Shown: piece by piece, positions 14,127-26,520 of the stretch | How the letters are laid out: every line of letters starts with the position of its first letter | How positions within the stretch are numbered: the stretch's first letter is position 1 | Assembly (NCBI GenBank): GCA_043228905.1 | Contig: JBHGNT010000021.1 | Location: 5,828,001 to 5,892,000 of the forward strand | DNA from: Azolla caroliniana | Lineage: Eukaryota > Plantae > Polypodiophyta | Direction: 5' to 3' | Length of the DNA: 64,000 nt | Made by a program: the position numbers and the translations under genes | The notes under the pieces: model-generated | What the model saw: only the letters and a program-made list of their open reading frames with translations | What the model was told of the DNA's origin: nothing | Databases searched by the model: none

Positions 14127-17100
14127 TCATCCCATTAACTTGCTTCTGACTTCCTGGGCTATAAGGCTTCGAATATGGCTGCTTGATGAATCCAATTCAG
14201 ATTTTTCAACAAATAAAATCCTGTAGATCTCCCATCGCCGGTCACCTGCTGAATGATAACATTCAATGTCTGCCTGCAAAACATTGCAAGCAATACAAAC
14301 CTCAACACCAAAATATTAAGATTCAATAGAAAACGGACATCTGGCCATAGATCCATTTCAAAACAGTCATCAGTACTACAATAAGGCACCTTAAGCATGT
14401 ATATTTTATGTACATACACATGTGTGTATGTGCAAGTGTGTGAACATATATACATATTTAGATATAATATACACACAAAAACATATACATATACACATCT
14501 CTCGGTATGCATCTTATCTTGGTTACCTTAAATATGGAGATTCCAAGCGTCCTGAGAACACATGTAATGTCATAAAGAACTCGAGGCCGACCCTGCCCAC
14601 ACATCTGAGTTGGTGCAGCCACTAACAACTCCATATCTGGACCTCTACTTGCAATCATGACCTGCACAGGAATAACAATCTCCAGCTCTAACCGTGCACA
14701 AAGAGTCTCCTGCTTCTGAAGATCAAGAATCTTCTGGCCACCCCTCTGTGAGATGAAAAACTCAATTTCTGCAGTACCTTCATCACTAACTGTAAAACGT
14801 CCATATGCGACCTAAAATGGTGTAAATATTTCCTCAGATAGAAGAAAAAGAAAAAGACTGGCTCTGACATTTTGAATACCATGAAAAAGTAATGTTTCTT
14901 CACAAAAAAATTAGAATAATTCTTTTCTATTTTTGAAAAGAGAAATGGCTCTGTTTGAAATACCTGCATTTGAAAATCTTTCAATATCCGCATGCAGTCG
15001 TACAACAACCCCTTACGATCATTGCAAGAGATCTGCAACAATGTATGCCTGGGACTGAGAGAGTTATCTAAACCAACAGAAACTTTATCGGTTCCTGATG
15101 GCCCTTTCAAACAAAGGTCTTCAACATACGACGGTATGCTCAGAAAGGTGGTAGAATCAAGATCACCCCATTCTGGTCCAGCTTGCTTTATTTCATAGTG
15201 ACCAACTGGATCACCAATGACTGCTCTCAACTTTGCACATAACTCATCTTGATTCTTTTTCTCCTTCAGCATTCCCCTGTAAAATGACATCATACTTTTT
15301 CCATTTAAAGCCAATTCACCACTGTTAGGCATGATCAAGAAATCATAATGTATCTTATCATAAAACAAACCTGGTATCGGTGAGATAGTAAATATTCAAT
15401 GCCTTGCCATCTGGAGTGGTTGTGGCCTTCAGTTTCTGAACTGTAATCTGGAGCTCCCAAAATATCCGAGCAACATCTTTATTATAAACCAAAAAAAAAA
15501 ACAAAAGAGAGTATAAGAAATGGTTGCAATAGCACATAGCCTCATTTTGTAAAATAGTTTCTTGTTCTGTATAGCTTAGACTCTAATCATAGTTGAAGGA
15601 ACCAGAAGTAATCACAGGTTTAACACTTGTTTGAAGAAGGTATCAAACTACAGGGGGAAAGGTCACTACAAGTTTCTTTCAATCAAAACTTTTGATGTAG
15701 CACACAGCCTCATTTTGCAAAATAGTTTCTTGTTCTGTATAGCTTAGACTCTAGTCATAGTTGAAGGAACCAGAACTAATCACAGGTTTAACACTTGTTT
15801 GAAGAAGGTATCAAACTGCAGGGGGAAAGGACACCACAAGTTTCTTTCAATCAAAACTTTTGATGTATTTTGAAGAAATAAAATTGGCAATACATGGTAT
15901 CTTTAAACCTTACCTTAGAAAAGGCAAGAAACATAATATTCCACCCAAATTTCACATAAAGCTGAGACTCTACGTTGTAGTGTATATTGTAGGGGCTCTC
16001 CTTTGGCTATGACCTGATAAAAGGACTACGATAAGAAATAACTACGAGCTGAGATAAGAAAGACTTGAGGTAGAAAAGAGAAATAGAGAGAAGGGTGAGC
16101 AAATAAAAGGCATTAACAAGCCAGGTTAAAATAGGAAATTTCAGAAAATCTCCCTTAACCTCTTTAAAAAGGAAACGATCAATTGCTTAGAATCTTGATC
16201 CAAGTAAAATTGCAATCTTGATGAGAGTTCTTTAACCCCACCCAAGCCTTCTTCAATAAAGTAGCCTTCTATAAGTTTTAGTGATTCTTTAGTGCCTACA
16301 GTTTGAGTCTACTGAATATAGAGATAACTGAATAAATAGGACCTAAATTCACCGATAAACAGACGAACAGACATTATGAAATAAAGAAAATTAAACTTGT
16401 GGAATAACCTTGGATTATAAAATTACATGCTAACAATCAGGATTCTAAACTTCACATTAATAATCCAAATGAAACACAGACATTTTAAAGAAAACTTTTG
16501 AAATTAACAACAAATCAATTTTTAAATTTAAATTACCAAAAATCAATATGTGAAGACTTGGAATCTTTGTATGTCAGAATGGTTGAAATGATAACACTAT
16601 AGAGCTAATTAATTGGCTCTTAACAATAAAATAAAAAATCATTTTAAAAGTCAAATTCCCATTAATAATTAGAATGAAAAAATAATGATAATAATAATAG
16701 AACAATTCAACAAAATCAATTCCTTTAACATCCTATAAACAACCTAAATCCGAAAGAAATCAACATTTAGCAGAAATGGAAACTGGATACTGCTCCTTGC
16801 TTTTGATTCGAAAATATAAGAGAAACTCAAATCAAATTTTAAAATTGTCATCGATCATCTATTGAATTTGATAGTATCATAATATTAATTGAAATGGCCT
16901 AATTTGATATTATATTCAATAAGAAATCTAATGATTCACTGCATATGCAGAAATTTTGTCCAAGCATACCACATAATTAATCAGATTTCAATTTCGAAAA
17001 TCAGATCCATTGTGATCTAATTTCAGACATTGAAAATTTATCAAATGAGATCAACTTTACAACCTTAATTCATTTTCAGGATTTTCTGCTAGGGTCATTA

Positions 17101-18989
17101 CATTTTCACAAAAATACAAGGCATTCTTCTTTAATACATCAAATATCATATGAACAGTTTTCTCATGATGTGATCCTAAGGTAGCAACAAGTTTATCCAT
17201 CCAGCAAGTGAGGAATCCATCCACAATGCTTTTGAAGGATAGGCAAAATTTTCATTAACAGCATCTACTAAGGCGTTTTTTTCTGCAAATCAGTGGGCAA
17301 GCAGAGGCATTACAAATTAGAGTTAAGATAGCAAGTTAGGAGGTTATATGTTGATTGATTGGATAAGCATCTTACCATTGAGTAGATCTGAGCGATCACG
17401 AGAAGAAGTCTGCAAGACATGTGTGACATTGAGCTTGGGCTCTGACAATTGGGGCAACAAAATATGCGGCCTCGTCGAGGGGCATGCAGCAATAAGCCGT
17501 TTTTTCAAAGCAATCCACCTGATGGTTTTCATTGTTCCATCTCTATTAGAAACCCAAAATAGACCAAAGCACCATTTCCCGTCTGTTGACAGGTCTGCAA
17601 AAAGCAAAACGAAAGATGATGAGCAACTTAGGTTTAGGGATGACGCCATGATTTCACTATCTGAAAAAGAAATGAGAAATAAGCCAAGCATAATTTCCAT
17701 CAATGACACGAAATCAATCAACGATAATATGATGTTAATCTTTGATGCTCATTCAGTCAATGATGAGAAACGAGCCCATCATGATTTTGATTACCAAACT
17801 ACAATGAAAAATAAGAAATCATGATTTCATCCGACGGTGATTATCCCATGATTCAACAATCCATGATACACTGATGATTTAATAGTCTATAATGACCCGT
17901 GGACCCATCAAAATATTTCTTAACAATTTGTGATTACAAATATACCCATCACGATTGAAGAATGTATGATAAAAAGACAAAAGCCATCAATATTGATGAA
18001 ACACATACCCTTCAAATGAAATTTGTAATAAGCTATGATGAAAACTAATCCATCAAGATATTAACAATGTATAACGAATAACAAACTTCAAGATTTTAAC
18101 AATATATAATCAGAAACAAATCGAGATGAAAAACAATTAACGATGTAAAATGAGAAATAAATCCATCAAGATTTCAACGTGGATGATATAAAAAAACATT
18201 ATTAATGCGAAACAAATCCATAAAGATTTCAACAATATTATCGATGAAAAACAAGCACATGAACATTTAACAATCTCTAATAAGAGCTAGACCCCCATTG
18301 CTTCCTATTCAAGACAAAAAATGACATACAAAGAAATTTTATTCCCCTGCCCAGCCAACATTAAGACATAACGATCCTTGAGGTCCCATCAAACCCATCA
18401 AGGAAACTCTCTCTAAGATAAGATCTAGAACCTTTTGCCCCCTCTTCAAAGTTAAAGGTAACATAGAATGAAGTATAACCACTCACTAAATTTGACAAAG
18501 GCCTATTTTGTCGAATCTCTATCATATAGTACAATGAAGAACAAACTCATCAAAATTTTAACAATGTATAATAGAAATAAACTCAGCAAGGTTTTACAAT
18601 GTATGACGAAAAACAAACCAGTCAAGATATTTAATAATGTATGACTAGAAACTAACCTATGGAAATTTTAACAGCGAAAGATGAAAACCAAACATCACGC
18701 TTTTGAACAATCCATGACGAGAAACAAGACCCATTACAACTCATACTCATCGAGATGTAACACAATATCTAATATTCTTCCTATTTCAAAGTTAGAAATA
18801 GACTGACATAGAAAGAAACAAGTTCCACTCACCTGCCCGTCCAACATCTAGACCAAAATCCAGAAAGATCCTCACGAGGTCACATCCCAAACCAAGCTTG
18901 TCTGGACAATTGACTGTAACAAGGCTCAGATCCCCTTCATATTTTCCCTTTTGAATTACAACAATCTCGTCATTCAATGGTACACCCAT
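14127..18989 (-). CDS. ACR: ACT domain repeat protein (ACR9/ACR10-like); 6 coding exons
   Basis: Exons 18989-18833, 17594-17376, 15476-15371, 15276-14964, 14811-14527 and 14273-14127, all GT-AG. Motifs VTVNCPDKLGLGCDL, DLSTDGKWC, TTPDGKA, LDNSLSPRHTLLQISCNDRKGLLYDC and GRPRVLYDIT; ends SKLMG*. Confidence 0.9.
15530..15867. repeat. Tandem duplication of about 168 bp in ACR intron 2
   Basis: tagcac(at/ac)agcctcattttg...caatcaaaacttttgatgta occurs twice head to tail with few mismatches. Confidence 0.9.
15976..17102 (-). mobile_element. Possible degraded solo LTR in ACR intron 2
   Basis: On the minus strand it begins TGTAATGACCCTAG, a gypsy-LTR-like terminus, and could end ...CACTACA. No target-site duplication found. 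Confidence 0.3.
17650..18770. repeat. Degenerate minisatellite of about 35-40 bp in ACR intron 1
   Basis: Recurrent AAAC(C)CATCAAGATTTTAACAATGTATGA(C/T)GAAAAACA units, interrupted at about 18300-18530. Confidence 0.7.
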
Positions 18990-19774
18990 TCCAACAGAAT
19001 TTTCAATACAAGGTTAGATTTTCTTGTGAGAAAAAATCAATACGGAGGTGAATATTCCTCCTTGAGCTTCTTTATAATTTTTCCCAGAAAATTTTGAGGC
19101 TGAATTTGGGCCAAAATAACCAAATGTGGACTGATTAAAGCTAAAGTTTCTGCTTTTCCTTGCTTTTCTCCTAAATTTTCAAGGAAAAAACAGTTCTAAA
19201 ACTGCAAGTTGTGCCCAATTGCAGCCTTTTCTGCTCTGTCCCTGAAATCTCAATGCTTGAATGAGAGCTCGAATCAAAACTACATTACCAACGAACAAAA
19301 GGCTAATTTGCTCTTTCAGTCTGTCTTATGAAAAGAGTGATGACCTTCATAAAAAAAAATTAAAACATACTACAGCTTTTCTTCCTCGGTTCTTAAAACC
19401 CAATGACATAGAAGCTTTACTTCTTTCCCTCTCTGTCTGTTTGAGAATTTTTTTTGCCAAAAATTGGTCTTCAACAAAACCAAAAAAAAAAAACCCTCAA
19501 ACAAAAGGCAGAGGTACATATATATACATACATATATTATGATAATCTAATGAGCCAGCCCTCCTTTTTGAGGATAGATCCTCAAAGCCGCTCTCACAAT
19601 GAGAGAGACACGAGGAGAAGGGAAGCTATACATCTACATATATATATATATAGCCTTCCATATATACAATAATACTTACATATACATGTACAATATTATA
19701 CAAGTATTTAGTCATAGATCTAATAGTCGTGCTTTGCTTAGATTCTGGGCTGAATTCCACTAAATGCCCACCAC

Positions 19775-19826
19775 TCTATCTATATCTATCTACATATATC
19801 TTATCTATCTATCTATCTATCTATCT
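19775..19826. repeat. (CTAT)n microsatellite upstream of ACR
   Basis: ctatctatatctatctac...atctatctatctatctatctatct. Confidence 0.8.
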
Positions 19827-22800
19827 GTACTTGTCCACCTGAGCGAGTGTGTGCGCGAGTAATGTGTTGTGTCTGACCTGTCCTTCTCAGGGCCTCCCTT
19901 ATCCTCTAGTTGTCCCCACGAGACCTTCCATTGCTTACACATCATATATGTTTGTGTTTACTTTCATCGACATTATCTGACATTCGGCCCCATCGGTTCA
20001 TCACATTCTTTTGTCGGATTCGAATGTAGGGTGCAAAGCATGTTGTGCCCATAACTGTCCATGTTTTTGAGTTTTTTTTTTTATATCCTTGCATGATTGT
20101 GCCTATCCATATATCCATTCCCCCGCCCTTATCCTTATGTGATTGACTATATCCATCTATTTGTACATCCTTTGACCTTCCCTCGTATATCCTTTGTTTG
20201 TTCGATATGTCGTTACCCCCCATAATTCAACGCCCTATTAAATTCGTCCATATTGCTCACCTCTAAGGCCAATGGGGGATCACGTTATTATGGTCGCTCC
20301 ATGCATGTGTGTCCATGTATGCCTTATATCTTCACATGGCTATAGTCTATACTTACCTATTTGTCCATTTAATTTCCCTTATCTTATATTGTCATTACTT
20401 ACTTGTTTTGGTAGCTACCTTCTTGCCAATTCGTTGTTAAGGGTTCATGTGGATATCTACACTAGTGTCGATGAGGTGAGTGCTTACCTTCGAGTGTGTC
20501 CAACATAGTGACTTGTCCACTTTGGCGAACTCCCTAATTATTTATACTCTCTAACTACTGCACTTAGTAAATACAAAAGCATATTACTTGATTAATCACC
20601 TAACTGATAATGAATGTTGGAAATCAAATATAAACAACACCACATACATGTATTACCCAACCTAAGCACTTAAACTATACACTCGAGTCTTGGGCTAGTG
20701 ATTAATTATACAAGGGTTAAGGCTCTAGGATTGAGAGAGATTGTGTGTGAGCGAGCAAGTGAATGACCATGAGGTCATGTGTTCAACCCCTACATTCTAT
20801 AATGGCATCTAGAAAATTAGGAAAAAAAGAGGTGTGTTGATTGGGCCTTGAGCCCAAGGCTTTAGAGTTGTTAGTTTAACAACCTACCTATAGGGTAACA
20901 AAAATAAATGAAGCGTAGGTATAGAAAGTGAAAAATGATGACAAAAAATAAGTAAAAAATTAATACATATGTTGGCTTTCCACATCGTGGGCAATACACT
21001 ACACAAGGTTTGTGTCCTCTTTCCACATTACAGTGTTCCCATTACCTTATCATGCCAATGTCAATTTCCATGTAGGTCAAGCGTAGGTGGCGAAGCATAC
21101 ACCAAGTGCTTAACAAGGGGCGGAAAGGGGTCCATTGGTAATTAATCTATTAGTTTGTGTCGACATCATCAATACTATGTGCTTTAACTAATAATATTAT
21201 TATTAGTTTGAGTTCCCTTAACTAATAATAATATTTTTGATCCAAGACTCATTGCACATATAATCACCTTTCTCGTTGAGCTTTACATAAGCCTCATATT
21301 GTTGGGGGCCATTACTCCTGAAGTCTAGGTTAATGACATCAATATGGCATTGATATTATGTTGGTGCAATGGATTTGACATTATTTCATTGATGTTCCAC
21401 ACTTTAAGATTCAAATTTATAATGTGAATATGTACGTTCATAGCTTGCGTGATTGCTAGATGGTATATAGGGTATGATCATCGCCCTCATCCTTGTTAAA
21501 TCTTAGAAGAAAGTAGGATGAATGAAATGTTTTATTTATTGTACGTATCATAATTGCTCCTTTGACCTAAATCTACAAGGTAAAATTTGATGCATTTCTT
21601 CAAATCACCAACACATATGCATTGTATTTCTAAACAACTACATTGGCCACATCCTATTAGACACAATTAATATATATACATGTCCCATGACCATTAGCTT
21701 GACAACTCTCTTACACTTTCCCCTCTTCACCACCAAAGTGACAAGCTTCATACACTCGAAATGTTTTTGTGGGTTAAATAAAAGTTCTGAATATATGAAA
21801 TACTCATTAATCTAATACTTCGTAGCTATTATTAGTATTACTTCACTGCACCAAGGCATGTAGGTTTATAGTTTTATCTACATTAACAAGGTATACATGT
21901 TGATTAGGTATGTAGCCCTTTTATACCCATGCATGTGTTGTATGGCTTCAAATGAGGGAGAAACATTTGCTTGTGAGGTTTGAGTATGCGATGATTATGC
22001 AGATGGAAGTAAATGTTAAATTTTCTAGCAATATGCTAGTTTTTAACACAAACATGATTCTCTTGGTTATTACATGTCAATACTAAAAAAATCCTACTAC
22101 CAAGTCACCAAACACCAATAAACTTTTACAATAATCAATTCTAAAGCGTTACAATGTAAAGGTGCATGGAAGTACAAAAAGGGATTTTCAAGACATACAA
22201 CATGAAACAAAACTATGACCACATTTGGTTTAGGCTTTCAATGAGGTCATGAGTCATGGCGTGGGATCCACTTACATGTTAGATGTAAAATGCTACTAAA
22301 CCATTGGTGCATCAAATAAACTTATAAGCTAATAAAATTGGGAGATTGCGATAAAATAAGGCTCTCATGTATAAGTTTGAAAGAGATGTCAATCAGAAAT
22401 ATTTAATATTAAATATGATCAAGCTAGAGCATTATTGATTAGGTGCAGCCTTTCCATAGAGACTAGCTCTAGGTGGTTGTTACAATCTATAAGTCAAGTT
22501 CCGAAGTGGAGTTATCCACGTGGAGAAGCCAAATAAATTGGATCGTATCGTAGAATTTAGATGAAGCAAGAAATCATCAAGTACAAAAAGGTCCTAACAT
22601 CTTAGAGTGACATGATCAATATTTAGAATGAACAACATCATTGATAAATTGTTCCATTTTAGGGGGCATTTCCAGTTTCCAAATCACCATAATGCGTTAA
22701 AGAAGTTGTATCTAGAGGATTAAACATCGTCAATCAAAATCCGAGATCTAAAAAGTGATCATTTGATGATGTTGCCACTTAAGCCAAATATATAAGCGAA

Positions 22801-24067
22801 AAGTCGCACACATTGTAACTTGTATATATTTGCATACATCTTTTGAAGGGATAGACCCCACTACATATATACAGAAATTGTAGTTGCTTCATAGCCTTAC
22901 CTTTAATACTTGAGAGTTAATGTTTCTAACTGTATTTGAGCATTTAATCATTTGATTGCTTTGTAAGTGTGTCATTGCTTTCAAGTTGAAAACAAACATC
23001 CACGTGATAAGAAAACGTGGAGTAAAACTCAAATTTAAATTCTCCATTGAATCATGCTTCAAAATATATGCGCTACTGCTCGATGGATGTGATTGTACAA
23101 CACATGGATAGAAACGTTTCAACTCTGTATCAATTACACGTATCATTAGAAAAATGTGCGATAGTTTAGAAACAAGATAGTGACACATATAAAGTTTCTT
23201 TTGTTGTGCAATGTGTTATCAATAATATTGTGTCACTAGTTTCTAATATGTTATAATTTCAATTGACGTTTCAACAAGGTTTTAATACCAATTCAATTAT
23301 TTTAAAAGTATTAACATACTTAACATCAACCTTTTTAATCCGAGTATATTAATGAGCTTCTTAGATGATGAGACTCTTTCCTACAAAACCATTAATAGCA
23401 AAAATATGTAAGAACAATAGGAACAGAGAAGTTGCATATCACAAAGGTTTATTACAGTAAGCCAATGTCATCACACTATATTTGAAACTATAGTACAAAT
23501 ATTCATTACAAATGTACTCACTTACAATGCTTGACGATGCTCTAATGTATATTCTAGACATTTTACTAATATAAATCAAATACGCCATTCACCTAAAGCG
23601 AAAGCCACCATCCATTACTTTGGTATTTGGTGATAGAAAAAAAGAATTGTAAATTTAGTATCATTGTTGCCTCGATAACTACATTGTGATGGCCAATATG
23701 CAATGCATTAAAAAAAACTTAAGATACAACAGTCACAGTTGGTTTATTTGTCATCCCATACAATTAAATCATGTTGCTACCTAATTTGAATCACTAGTAA
23801 CATAACTAAACAAAAACATCTAGTCTAAATTAATCATAAGATTTTATGGTTTACACGTCCACTGATGAGTTTCTCAAGGGGCATCACAAGGGAGGTTCAA
23901 GGACATCACGGGAAATGAAAGCACAATTTTTTGTAGCATTTCCTCATGCCGGCTTATATAACAAAGATTCCAAAGCAAGTTCCATGCCCAAAAGAGCCTA
24001 AATTTTGTGCACGTATTTACAAGTTAACTATAAAGGCACGCCTCATAAATATACGCAACCATTCTAC

Positions 24068-26520
24068 TGTTGAGAAACAAGCTCAACAAAGGTATGTGAT
24101 GCATATTGGTAAGTGAGATCTTCTATAGTAGCTATTAAGAAATTAACTACTAGTGGACATAAAGGTGAAACAACTATTTAGCTATGCACAACGATTTTGC
24201 TAGTCACAACTAATTAGCTGCATATATAAGTCACTTACATACTTAGGTAAAAAGTAGAAGAGAGTAGTTGTAAGAGGAGAAAAACATAAAACTGACGAGA
24301 GCGAGTTGAGCTTTGCGTGTAATGAAATAGAAAATAGAAGAAGCTTTTTGGTTTGCTACACAGAGGTAAGCCTCCTTCCCCTTCCTTTTTTCTGTCTTGA
24401 GCATTAAACGATCCAGCACATCCCAAGTTTTCCAGATTTGGTTTCAATGCTTGTACTGGAAGAAAGAAATCAGATGGATGATGTAAACAAAGGAAATTTG
24501 AGACTGAGGGGCAAGCCCTCTACAATAGTGCTAGAAGAGGCCATGGAAGATTTGGTTCAGCTAGAACCAACAACAATTATCAAGGAAGAGAACATGTTGT
24601 AAGTGGAAGAAACAACATCAGAGGTAGGGGGAGCAATCGAGGTAGAGGTAAGAAAACTTATTTGAATGATGATGTTTGTTGGTATTGTGGAAAATCAGGC
24701 CATACACATGCTGAATGCTATAAAAAGCAAAATGATGAAAAAAGAGGGAAGAGACAACAAAATAATTATGCTTCAACTAGTGAAGACTGTGATAAAGATG
24801 GTACATTTGTGATGCAACATGAAACAACAACAATGGCTGAATGTTCATAGAGATGTAATGAAGATTTTATGTGATATGTAGATTCTGGGGCATCTAATCA
24901 TATGACAGGACATGCAAATTGGTTTGAAAGTTTAAGGGAACTAGAGATTCCTGGTTATGTACAAACAGGTGATAACACCACTCATATAATCGAGCATGTT
25001 GGAGATATCCCATTGTGGGAAGAAAAAGGAAAAACAAAGTATATGTTGAATGTGATGCATGTTCCAAACCTTGCAAAAAATCTGATTTCTGTTGGACAGA
25101 TAGTAGAGCAGGAATGCAAGTTAAGTTTAAGCAAAGTGGATGCTTTATAGAGAAACAGGGAAAGCTTATTGCAAAAGGAAAATGTCAAGGAAGAATGTTT
25201 GTGTTAGATGTGGATATGCCAAAAAAGATTACAACCATATTTGTAGAAGGCATGAGTGTAATCTCATATGTGGAAATGTGGCATAAAAGAATCAGTCACA
25301 TAAGTATGCAAACCTTGAAAAATATGTTGAGGAAAAATGCAGTGGCAGGATTGCCTAAGTTGAAAGATTGTGGGATGAGCAAAATATGTGAAGCATGTCA
25401 ATATGGAAAGCAAAACAAGTTGCCTTTCCCTCATGAAAGACATGTAAGCAAAAATTTGTTGGATTTGGTACATACAAATGTATGGGAACTGACAAAAAAT
25501 GCATCAATTGGTGGCTGCAGGTTCTATGTAACTTTTATTGATGATTGCTCAAGGAAAGCATGGGTTTATTTCATGAAAGAGAAAAGTGAAGTATTTGATT
25601 GCTTCCGTAAGTTTAAATCATGGTAGAAAAGCAGGCTGGAACTAGGATAAAATGTTTAAGATCTGATGGAGGAGGAGAGTACTTCTCAAATGAATTTTCT
25701 GATTTTCTATGTAATCAAGGAATAAGGAGACAGTTTACATGTAGATATACTCCACAACAAAATGGAGTTGTTGAGAGAAAAAACAGAACTTTGGTGAACA
25801 TAACAAGGGCATTAATGACAGAGAAAAATATGCCATTGTATTACTGGGCAGAAGTTGTAAACACAACAAACTACATTCTAAATAGATGTATAACATCTAG
25901 AATACATGAAGTAACTCTTGAAGAATGTTTCTATGGAAGGAAACCTAATTTAGGGCACTTAAAGTGTTTGGATGCCTTGCCTATGTTCATGTACCTGTTG
26001 AAGTAAGAAGTAAGCTTGATCCAAAAGCTGAAAAATGTGTTTTTGTTGGATATTCAGAGGAGCAAAATTAGATAAGAAATGGGTGAATGCAATGCAAGAA
26101 GAAATAGATGCATTGGCTGAAAACAAAACATGGGATTTGGTGAAGTTACCGAAAGAAAAAAATGTTGTAGGTTGCAAAGGGGTCTACAAAACAAAGCATG
26201 ATTCAAATGGAAATGTTAGTAGACATAAAGCAAAACTTGTTGCAAAGGGATATGCCCAGATGCAAGGAATTGATTATGATGAAACATTTGCACCGGTTGC
26301 AAAGATGGCAACATTGAAGACACTACTTGTTGTAAGTGCAGCCAAAAGATGGGTTCTACACCATATGGGTGTAAAAAATGTTTTTTTATATGGTAACTTA
26401 GAAGAAGAAGTGTATATGTGTCAACCACTAGGTTTTGAAGATAAGAAGCATCCAAAATATGTATGTAGGCTGAAAAAGGCTCTCTATGGATTGAAACAAG
26501 CACCGAGAGCATGGCATGAA
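24068..26520 (+). mobile_element. Degenerate, internally deleted Ty1/copia LTR retrotransposon (putative 5' LTR, gag tail, protease, integrase, partial RT)
   Basis: Zinc knuckle CWYCGKSGHTHAEC at about 24675; protease YVDSGASNHMTG at about 24875; integrase IKCLRSDGGGEY and YTPQQNGVVERKNRTL; RT KAKLVAKGYAQMQGIDYDETFAPVA and LKKALYGLKQAPRAW. Stops and frameshifts are present. Candidate LTR from TGTTGAG at 24068 to about 24436, followed by a degenerate tRNA-Met PBS (tggtttcaatgc). Confidence 0.9.

Noticed and set aside
20500-24000. Long AT-rich intergenic stretch
   Set aside because: No supportable ORF, RNA gene or repeat structure; probably old TE debris.
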